NCBI GenBank assembly: GCA_041744215.1
Contig: JBGTLG010000041.1
Coordinates: 32,001-96,000 of the forward strand
Direction: 5' to 3'
Source of the DNA: Fimbriimonadales bacterium
Lineage (GTDB): Bacteria; Armatimonadota; Fimbriimonadia; Fimbriimonadales; ATM1
DNA length: 64,000 nucleotides
Shown here: in pieces, positions 28,610 through 36,311 of the stretch
How the letters are laid out: every line of letters begins with the position of its first letter
Position numbering within the stretch: the stretch's first letter is position 1
Position numbers and translations under genes: made by a program
The notes under the pieces: generated by a model
Told to the model about the DNA's origin: nothing
The model's database searches: none
The model's input: the letters and a program-made list of their open reading frames with translations, nothing else

Positions 28610-28952
28610 TAGAGGCCTCAACCTAGACGGACTTCGATTCCGCCGAAGCGGTCTCAAGTTCCGTTCGTTCCGGTTAGACCGGTAAGAATCTCTCAACGCG
28701 AACCTCCGAGTTGCCTCGGGTGCTTGCGGCTTTGACGAGAGATGCTCAACTCTTTCGAGCAACGTCCCAGGCAGAAGCCTCTAGTAGAGACTGCCGCCAG
28801 CTGCCTTCGAAATTGGGCGAACCCTCTTTCCCTGGCTTCGATCCGACTTGCGTCGGAGAATCGGTCATCGCGTGCTGACTCGGTTGCCCGAGTCTGCGGC
28901 TTCAACGTGATTCCGACTCTTGCGAGCCTTCGATGGTCCGGCGGAAGCCTCT
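28610..28952 (-). ncRNA. Unidentified structured ncRNA made of two tandem homologous domains
   Basis: Eight hairpins: five GNRA-capped (GCAA x4, GAAA), two UUCG-capped, one UCUAA-capped; each ~170-nt domain closed by a long-range stem; shared linker motifs and compensatory changes between the domains; candidate -10 element at 28965-28958. Confidence 0.8.
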
Positions 28953-29030
28953 GACGGAAGTTATAACACAGAAATCGGCGAATTGTGCGATTTTTGACAA
29001 GAAAAACGGTGTATTTTCACTCTTGGAAGA

Positions 29031-29061
29031 CTTCCCACAAGTTATGCACATCTTATCAACA
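29031..29061 (+). promoter_or_regulatory. Three head-to-tail DnaA-box-like 9-mers
   Basis: CTTCCCACA (29031), TTATGCACA (29042), TTATCAACA (29053) with 2-bp spacers, versus consensus TTWTNCACA. Confidence 0.55.
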
Positions 29062-29091
29062 CTCTTTGAGCTTGGGTGCCAGTTAGTGAGG

Positions 29092-30765
29092 TCAGTCGGC
29101 TGGGTTGTGCCGGATGTACAGCGACTCCGCAATTTTTGCAACGATGTAGACCACCACGACATTGGCGGCGACTGCAAACATCGCAATGAAAGGCGGCCAG
29201 GCACCCAGGAACAACAGTGGAATCACGCCTAGCATAGCTGGAGTCAGTGCCAGAACCGAGCCGAGCATCTGGATAAGCGCACGAAAGCTCCGCTGGGTCG
29301 GATCGTCCATGTCCGGAAAGAGCAGCAGGACGGCAAGTTGAACAGCGGTCACGACGACCGCAATCGATGGGAGTCCAATCGCGCCAGCGAGAGCAAACTC
29401 GTAGGCTGATGGCCTTGCAAGAAGCAGCGTGAGCGCGGCTAAGAGAGAGATGAGTATGGGAACTAGGCTATGCGCGATGATTTCGATAAGGCAGATTGAA
29501 AGAGGTGAGAACGGCAGCGGCTTCTGCAAGTCGACCCTCCTCAGCATCTCAAGAAAGCCCGATTGACCAATACCAAGAGCGAACGAGCCTATCAGCAGGG
29601 CCTGGAGAGGCAGGACGACTCCGACGAAACGATCGCTCGCGTCCAGAACTGCGAGCAATGATATGCCGCATGTCATTACAACGAAGAGGATCGTAAACGA
29701 AACCTGTGTGCGCATCACAAAGAGCGTTTCCCGCCACAGCATTGCGAACGGGCCCACGACCTTCGACTCCTGCAGGAAGCGGAGTCTTCGAACTTTGAGC
29801 CGCCCTTCTCTCGCCGCCTGAACAAAAGCCAGCCCGAGGTCGCCAGACCTTTGAACCTCCTGCCTGCCAAGACTCGCGGCGCTATGGCGCGCTGCCATGT
29901 CGTACAGGTGATCCGCCTGCTTGAGAGCGATTCCAATCAGAGTGACAGATCCTATCAGTAGGAAGCCTGCGCCTACAAGTCCCGACGTCCAATTCGCGTA
30001 GATTGGCATGAGGGCGAACTCAGCTGCGGCCGCGGCCGGGTACAGGATCAATCGGGTGGCGTCGCTCGAAGCAAGTTCTACCAGGAACTTAACCGTATCC
30101 TCCTGCCGAAATGCAGCAACGATCACGGCACCAAAAGCGAGTCCAAACGCGACAAGCACCGACAAGGTCGCTTTGCGTGCCAATCGTGCGGCGGATGAAT
30201 CGCGATTGATGAACATACCCAACGCATAACTTAGCGCAACACCAAACAACGAGACCAGCAGAAACGCTCCTATCATTGTCTTTCCGACCATGGGAGCGTG
30301 GGCGGGATCTGGCAGGTTCTCGAAGAGAAGACTGATTCCTTCGGCGCTTCTTCGGCCGCCGAAGATAAGAATGATGACCGGAACGAAGAGTGTGACCATG
30401 TAGTCGATGACAAATCGATGAGCCATGACGAGACGCGGAGAGATTGGTGTAGGAAACAGTACGTCTGAGTCAGCTTGCCGATAGGTTCCAGGCGGACGGA
30501 ACACGCCAAGGATGCGAAAAACAAGGACGAGCGCAAAAACAAGCAAAAACAGCGCAAAGACGAATTCGATCCCAGGAAGGGACAACTTCGGCATCCCGTT
30601 CGGGATCGGCTGGGGGCGCCGACCCTCGAACAGATTGCCGACGAACATCATAAACCACCAACCGATGATGAGAACTGCGCCGATCAACCGTGTTGGCGAG
30701 CGCAGCGCTCGCCTGAACGAGTTGATGACTGTTCGGGCTGTTAAGTGAACAAGCGGTTGCATCAA
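29092..30765 (-). CDS. Putative ABC exporter permease
   Basis: Many TM segments; overlaps the stop of the ABC ATPase gene. Confidence 0.75.
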   Translation of the reverse strand: MMQPLVHLTARTVINSFRRALRSPTRLIGAVLIIGWWFMMFVGNLFEGRRPQPIPNGMPKLSLPGIEFVFALFLLVFALVLVFRILGVFRPPGTYRQADSDVLFPTPISPRLVMAHRFVIDYMVTLFVPVIILIFGGRRSAEGISLLFENLPDPAHAPMVGKTMIGAFLLVSLFGVALSYALGMFINRDSSAARLARKATLSVLVAFGLAFGAVIVAAFRQEDTVKFLVELASSDATRLILYPAAAAAEFALMPIYANWTSGLVGAGFLLIGSVTLIGIALKQADHLYDMAARHSAASLGRQEVQRSGDLGLAFVQAAREGRLKVRRLRFLQESKVVGPFAMLWRETLFVMRTQVSFTILFVVMTCGISLLAVLDASDRFVGVVLPLQALLIGSFALGIGQSGFLEMLRRVDLQKPLPFSPLSICLIEIIAHSLVPILISLLAALTLLLARPSAYEFALAGAIGLPSIAVVVTAVQLAVLLLFPDMDDPTQRSFRALIQMLGSVLALTPAMLGVIPLLFLGAWPPFIAMFAVAANVVVVYIVAKIAESLYIRHNPAD

Positions 30766-31505
30766 GATTCTGACGCCGCGACTTCAGGCTCCTCCGTGAG
30801 CTTGAGAAACACTTGCTCGAGAGTCGCTCCATCCATGTTCGCACTTTCGCGCAATTGTGTTATCGTTCCTTCGGCCACGACATGCCCGCGCGAGAGAATC
30901 ACGACACGGTCACAGAACTTTTCGGCGGTATCCAGGAGGTGGGTGCTGATCAGAATCGCCGCCCCATCGTCGCGTGCTCGGGATAGCTCCTGTTTGAATT
31001 CATGTGCTCCCCGTGGGTCAATCCCGATGAGCGGCTCGTCCAAGAGCAAAACGTTTGCACGATGCACCAACGCACACGCAACCGCAAGCTTCTGCTTCAT
31101 TCCCTTGCTTAGCGTGGCAACAAACTGGTCCCGCTTTTCATAGAGATCGTATCGCTTCAGCAGTTCGTTCCCGAGTCGGTCGTACTCGTCTAAGGAGTCA
31201 AAGCACATTGCTATGAAGCGCAAGTGCTCGCGGACGGTAAGCAGCTCATACAGCGAAGGAACTTCTGGCACAAAGGCGAGTCCCGATTTTGCCTGGGCTT
31301 GGTCGAGCAGCAGGTCATGGCCGTTGATGAGAATGGCCCCTCCTGTAGGGCGCAGGATTCCCGCAATACATCGCATCGCAGTCGTTTTGCCTGCACCGTT
31401 TGGGCCAAGGAGTCCTACAATTTCCCCAGGTCGTGCTTCAAACGAGATCCCGGAGACTGCGCGGAAGCCGCGATAGTCTTTGACCAATCCGATGACTTCA
31501 AGCAT
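30762..31505 (-). CDS. ABC transporter ATP-binding protein
   Basis: GPNGAGKTT, LSKGMKQK, LLLDEP, STH. Confidence 0.93.
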   Translation of the reverse strand: MLEVIGLVKDYRGFRAVSGISFEARPGEIVGLLGPNGAGKTTAMRCIAGILRPTGGAILINGHDLLLDQAQAKSGLAFVPEVPSLYELLTVREHLRFIAMCFDSLDEYDRLGNELLKRYDLYEKRDQFVATLSKGMKQKLAVACALVHRANVLLLDEPLIGIDPRGAHEFKQELSRARDDGAAILISTHLLDTAEKFCDRVVILSRGHVVAEGTITQLRESANMDGATLEQVFLKLTEEPEVAASES

Positions 31506-31546
31506 TGCCGTCCATATTACCGACGCCGTGGTATTGGCGTTTCGAG

Positions 31547-32533
31547 TCAGGGTGCTTCTGGAACTCCACTTTCGGCGGAACGATAGAGGACATCCATTAA
31601 GATCGCGAGGCGCTCGCCCAACTCGACGCCAGCAATCGGTTGCTCGCTCCCTATAATGCTCCTAAAAAAGTTTTCGTCGGGAGTTCGACGCGTCGACGAT
31701 TCGAATTCTTCGACATTGTTGGTGCCTCTTCGATACACCCGCATCCAAGACCCGCCCCAGCCATCTAACTCGATCCGCCCGTGCCCAAAGAACAGCACCA
31801 GACCCGCGCCATCGCAAGCGCTGTCTCCCGCAATCAGGACGTTCGCCAGGACGCCGCCCTCGAATCGGACCGTCGACGCCCCGTTAATCTCAACTTCGCA
31901 ACCACGTCCGTCAGTGCAAGCGTACGCCGACTCGACATTCTGCTCAACGCAGAACGCTATTGAAGCAAACAGATGCGCGCCACTATCAAGCATTTGACCG
32001 CCGCCGGATAACTCACGTTGCTGACGCCACGTACCTACAGTCAACCGCTGCCAGTCTTGTGATAGCCAACCACTGATCGTTTGGAGTTCCCCAAGTTCAC
32101 CAGACCTGACGATCTCCCTGGCTCGCTGCAGCACGTCGGTGCAGGGGGTGTTGTAACCCACAACGAACACCAGCCCAGAGTCTCTAACCTTCGCGGACAG
32201 CGCGCGCGCCTCGGCGGAACCAACAACCATCGGTTTCTCCATGAGCACGTGACGCCCCTCTTCAAGAGCTTGCATCCCCTGATTGAAATGAAGACTATGC
32301 GGCGTACAGATGACGACAGCGTCGCATTCGCAGCCACCATAAAGCGCGTTCGTCGAATCGAACAAGTGAGGAGCATCGACATCGCTAAAGTGCTCTCGGG
32401 CAAAGTTCTCCATTCGGGAGGCATCCACATCAACAAGTCCAACCACCTCGCAGCCGACGACTTCCTTGAGACGACGCGCATGAACGCCAGCAAAGCCACC
32501 GCAGCCGATCAACGCTACACGAACCGAGTTCAT
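31547..32533 (-). CDS. Gfo/Idh/MocA family oxidoreductase
   Basis: VALIGCGG, ICTPHSLH, HVLMEKPM, GGGQMLDSGAH; start at MNSVRV inferred. Confidence 0.88.
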   Translation of the reverse strand: MNSVRVALIGCGGFAGVHARRLKEVVGCEVVGLVDVDASRMENFAREHFSDVDAPHLFDSTNALYGGCECDAVVICTPHSLHFNQGMQALEEGRHVLMEKPMVVGSAEARALSAKVRDSGLVFVVGYNTPCTDVLQRAREIVRSGELGELQTISGWLSQDWQRLTVGTWRQQRELSGGGQMLDSGAHLFASIAFCVEQNVESAYACTDGRGCEVEINGASTVRFEGGVLANVLIAGDSACDGAGLVLFFGHGRIELDGWGGSWMRVYRRGTNNVEEFESSTRRTPDENFFRSIIGSEQPIAGVELGERLAILMDVLYRSAESGVPEAP

Positions 32534-32543
32534 AACGAAGACT

Positions 32544-33626
32544 TTACCGCCCAAACACAACACGACCGAGGCGCGCGACATACATCAATTCGACGAGTGC
32601 CCAGGAAATCATCACCGTAAGGCCCCAGAGCCACAGATAAGGTAACGGCGTGTAGTTGAAGACCTTAATGAAGCTTGTTGCCGTGAGGAAAACGATGACT
32701 GCGGGATGAATCACAAACACGCCAAGTGATCGGTTGCCAATCGAAGCAATGATGCGCGATGTTCTATCCCATGTTGCGACCCACTTTGCGAAGCCAAGCA
32801 TAAGGAATGACATCGAAGTCGCATATGTGACCAGTGCCAAGTTGAAGAGCCGGGACTCAGCAGCCCCGCCCCCGGCTAGCCAGATCTCCATAGAAACATA
32901 TGCAAGCACTCCGACAAGAGCCAGCGCTCCAAAGGTCCACTTCGATCGGCTCCACATCTGCTCCCAATCATTCCATCTGACTCCAAGATAGGCACCCATT
33001 AGGACTGGCGGCAGGTACCACAAGACCGATGAGGCCGGGTAAGGCAAGAAGCCGGTGTGGCTGTCATTCAGAAATGCCACAAGAAAATTTGCGTAAAACA
33101 CGACGATCTGTGCCACGAACGCCAGCACTACGAATCGACGAAATGGCTGCTGCCTCCAGCGAATGATCGACAGAAGCAGAGGGAGGAGGATCGACACCTG
33201 AATGAGAACTGAGAAGAAGTACAGGTGGTACTCTGCCTTTCCCCATAGCAAGTAAACAGCCCAGTTCTCGGCGACTGGCGGACGATCCGGAAGGAACGCG
33301 TATCGAAACCAGATATAGAATGCGCTCCAGAGAATGTACGGCCAAACCGTTCTTGCAACTCTACGCAGATAGAATTGGGACCAGTTTGGCGTCTCCAATT
33401 TGGCCAAACTGCGAACGAGCAGCAGCGCACTAATCATCAAAAAGACTGGCACAGCGAAGTGCAGTACCTTTTGCAGGATAAACAAACCCCACCACTCTGC
33501 TGACCCGCGAATTGCGAACCTGCTCAATGAAAACCCGAGAGCATGATGTGCGACCACCTCGAGAATCGATAACCCCTTGACGATGTCGAACGCGGCATCG
33601 CGAGTTGACGTCGGCGGCAAACTCAT
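32544..33626 (-). CDS. Acyltransferase family 3 membrane protein
   Basis: FDIVKGLSIL.VVAHH, FAVPVFLMIS, YHLYF; multiple TM segments. Confidence 0.85.
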   Translation of the reverse strand: MSLPPTSTRDAAFDIVKGLSILEVVAHHALGFSLSRFAIRGSAEWWGLFILQKVLHFAVPVFLMISALLLVRSLAKLETPNWSQFYLRRVARTVWPYILWSAFYIWFRYAFLPDRPPVAENWAVYLLWGKAEYHLYFFSVLIQVSILLPLLLSIIRWRQQPFRRFVVLAFVAQIVVFYANFLVAFLNDSHTGFLPYPASSVLWYLPPVLMGAYLGVRWNDWEQMWSRSKWTFGALALVGVLAYVSMEIWLAGGGAAESRLFNLALVTYATSMSFLMLGFAKWVATWDRTSRIIASIGNRSLGVFVIHPAVIVFLTATSFIKVFNYTPLPYLWLWGLTVMISWALVELMYVARLGRVVFGR

Positions 33627-33631
33627 CTGAT

Positions 33632-34255
33632 TTAGCCCTCGGTTCCGTAAAGGCGGTCACCGAAATCGCCAAGCCCTGGCAAGATGTACTTCAGAGCATT
33701 CAGTTCGCGGTCGAGAGCTGCAAAGTATACGTGGACGTCTGGATGTTCCCTGCTGATCCGATCCATGCCTTCCGGCGCAGCGACTACGCTAAGAAGCTTT
33801 ATGTTCTCTGCTCCAGCGGCTTTCACGAGATCGCAAGCCTGCGAAGCAGTGCCGCCGGTTGCGAGCATCGGGTCTAACAGCAGCGTAAGACTGGCTGACA
33901 GCTTTGGGAGCTTGCAATAGTAGCTGGTGGCAATTGCCGTAGATTCGTCGCGAACTAATCCAATGTATCCCACGGAGACATTCTGGAAAAGCTCGGTTAT
34001 CGGCGATAGCATTCCGAGTCCCGCACGGAGAATCGGAACCGCAGCAATGCCCTGCGATAGCCTCTCAGCCTGCGCGGATTCGAGCGGCGTCTCGACGGTG
34101 TAGGAATTCGTCTTTAGGCCTCGGGTCGCCTCGATTGCGAGGACGGTCGTCAGTCTCCGGGCGAGATCGCGAAACTCAGCAGGAAGTGTGCGCTTGTCTC
34201 TAAGTTTCCCGACAACCTCTAGCGCAAGCGGATGATCGATCAAGTGAAATGGCAT
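33632..34255 (-). CDS. upp: Uracil phosphoribosyltransferase
   Basis: PILRAGLGM, LDPMLATGGT, YILPGLGDFGDRLYGT; start at MPFHLIDHP. Confidence 0.95.
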   Translation of the reverse strand: MPFHLIDHPLALEVVGKLRDKRTLPAEFRDLARRLTTVLAIEATRGLKTNSYTVETPLESAQAERLSQGIAAVPILRAGLGMLSPITELFQNVSVGYIGLVRDESTAIATSYYCKLPKLSASLTLLLDPMLATGGTASQACDLVKAAGAENIKLLSVVAAPEGMDRISREHPDVHVYFAALDRELNALKYILPGLGDFGDRLYGTEG

Positions 34256-34256
34256 A

Positions 34257-36275
34257 TCACTTCCACTCTTTGACCAGGAACGGCATGTACACCCCGCCAA
34301 CGACCGATCGCGCTTGGAAGCCGACTTGCCGCGCGTCCTTCGTTGAAAACCAATCTGTAAGCGGGACACGATTGGGAGTCTCACTTACAAATTGGTAAAT
34401 GGGCCGCATAAAGAAGTCGAAGTCCTCCTTGTTTTGCGACAAACACGCAGTCCAAACTGACCAATCAAGCTTTGCATAGTCCGCTCGATTGTCAAGGGGT
34501 AGGCCGTACTTCGCCATCCTCGTCTTGTAGTACTCCACTTCCTTCTTGAACACACTCTCTGGGAACAAGCCAAGGGCAAGCACCTTATCCCAAATCAGAT
34601 TGTACTTTTGGCTCCACGTTCCAGGTTTATCATACGTCAGGCGGAAGTGGTCGCCGTCGTCGGCCATCTTTGTCCACTCTTGCGCCATGCGCTTTGCTTC
34701 TCTTTTGTATGTTTCCGCCTGTTCTTTCCTTCCGCGCTTGTCGCAATGCTTTGCATAAGCACCCAGCGCGACGATCGCTTTAGCCGCGAGATTGACATTT
34801 CGCGCAAGGTGTCCGGCAAAGTCGTCTGTACACAGTTGGTTACCTGGATCGAGTCCGTGCTCGAGCAGATAGTTCGCCCACTGATCGAGCTTCGTCCAGT
34901 AGGCTCCATCGAACGGCGCGTGGTCTTTAAGGATATCCATAGCGGCAACCATGATGAGCATATTGCCGCATCCCTCGACAGGCATCTGGTTCTCTTCACT
35001 TCGCTCTCCGCCGCCATACACTTGCCCGTTTGCTCTAGGGTATGTGCCGAGGTCGTGTGGCGCGAATGCGAATGTCCACTTCTGCGACATCGCATAGTCT
35101 AAAACTGGTCGGAGTTGCGCCTCCAGGAGCGTGACATCGAAATGTAGAAAGAACGGAGATGCGGGATAGGTTACGTCAACGGTTCCTATGCAGCCATTGC
35201 TGAAGTTTTCTTTGCTGAACATCAGCACGTCCCCGTTGAAGTCTTTCACAAGTTTGTGCGCTGCGAGGGTTTGTCGGTAGACCAAGGCGCACAGCGCTGC
35301 GTACTCGTCACCTCCGATAGACGTCGCCTTTGACATGAGCTCATCTTCGAAAGCCCTAACACGCTCGTAATGGGAGTTCTCACTTGAGTTGAGTCTCTTA
35401 GCAGGATCCAATAGCATCTCGCTTAGATCGCGGGAGACCGTTCGCCAAAGGGCAGGAAGCGCCCGATAGAAATACTCGATCGAAAAGTGGTCGTCATATC
35501 CAACTCGAATCTGAGCCCGAGGATTGTCAGGATGAAGAACGGTGGCGAACGCCGCGACGGGCCAGCGGTCGGATGCGGCACGAGGCATATCGAAGTCATC
35601 TCTGCGGGGTAGCGTGCCGGCCTCGACGAACTCTCGTCTTACGACATCAGCTGTTCCAAACGTTGCACTGTAGTCGCGATGTCCAATCAATATGAGTTTG
35701 CCCCAGTCAATCCTGAGGTTGTCGCCGCTTTTCTTCAGCACATTCTGCTCTTGGGACATGAAGTAAAGCACCTGATGCTCGCCTTGATCGGACTTTCCCC
35801 ACATGACAGACTGCCGGCTGGAATCGACGGCCGCTTCAGCGCTCATGTCAAAGTGAACTGCGACTTCCTGGCTGCCCTCACGCAGTTGCTGAGCTTCGAT
35901 GGTTATCAGGCTTACTGGGAATGAGATCGACCAGTGTCGATCCGTGATGATTGGGGAAAGAAACTCGATGATCAGACGAACATCGTCTTGTTCAAATGTA
36001 TAGATCGTTCGCGTCGGAAGCACTTGAAGCCCGACCTGATTCATCGCTTGTATATCTCGCAAACCAGGCCCCATCCAACGATAAGCACGGTCCCCGATAC
36101 GAATCATTCCGCACATTCCATTGATCGCTCCCGTCCAGTGACGCGGCCAGTCGTCCGTGAGCTTGTTTGTGAATGACCAGATTGAGAAGTAGGGGTCATG
36201 AGTTATAAGGGGCACCGCCGGTGGGCGTAGGATAGGCTGCTGCATGGCATTGAGGGCGAGCATTTCCAGGATCAC
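34257..36275 (-). CDS. Glutaminase GtaA / DUF4965-like secreted protein (start approximate)
   Basis: RPPAVPLITHDPYFSIWS, KENFSNGCIGTVDV.YP, PHDLGTYP, MPVE, TDDFAG, WSQKYNL.WD, FQARSVVGG. Confidence 0.8.
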   Translation of the reverse strand: MILEMLALNAMQQPILRPPAVPLITHDPYFSIWSFTNKLTDDWPRHWTGAINGMCGMIRIGDRAYRWMGPGLRDIQAMNQVGLQVLPTRTIYTFEQDDVRLIIEFLSPIITDRHWSISFPVSLITIEAQQLREGSQEVAVHFDMSAEAAVDSSRQSVMWGKSDQGEHQVLYFMSQEQNVLKKSGDNLRIDWGKLILIGHRDYSATFGTADVVRREFVEAGTLPRRDDFDMPRAASDRWPVAAFATVLHPDNPRAQIRVGYDDHFSIEYFYRALPALWRTVSRDLSEMLLDPAKRLNSSENSHYERVRAFEDELMSKATSIGGDEYAALCALVYRQTLAAHKLVKDFNGDVLMFSKENFSNGCIGTVDVTYPASPFFLHFDVTLLEAQLRPVLDYAMSQKWTFAFAPHDLGTYPRANGQVYGGGERSEENQMPVEGCGNMLIMVAAMDILKDHAPFDGAYWTKLDQWANYLLEHGLDPGNQLCTDDFAGHLARNVNLAAKAIVALGAYAKHCDKRGRKEQAETYKREAKRMAQEWTKMADDGDHFRLTYDKPGTWSQKYNLIWDKVLALGLFPESVFKKEVEYYKTRMAKYGLPLDNRADYAKLDWSVWTACLSQNKEDFDFFMRPIYQFVSETPNRVPLTDWFSTKDARQVGFQARSVVGGVYMPFLVKEWK

Positions 36276-36311
36276 TGCGTAAGCTTCGACGTCCGCTGGT
36301 AACATCCCTCC

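Noticed and set aside
28610-28952. Identification of the tandem RNA as RNase P, tmRNA, SRP, 6S, or a tandem glycine/lysine/cobalamin/SAM riboswitch
   Set aside because: Diagnostic motifs were not found by eye (no GAGGAAAGUCC, no tRNA-like CCA end or tag peptide, no SRP domain IV loop, no CUCUCAGG). The fold is multibranched rather than rod-like, and there is no downstream gene to regulate. An Rfam search is still needed.
28693-29232. Short ORFs (70-100 aa) listed across the rarA-permease gap
   Set aside because: They overlap each other on both strands, have no recognisable motifs or SD, and the region is better explained by RNA structure and promoter elements.
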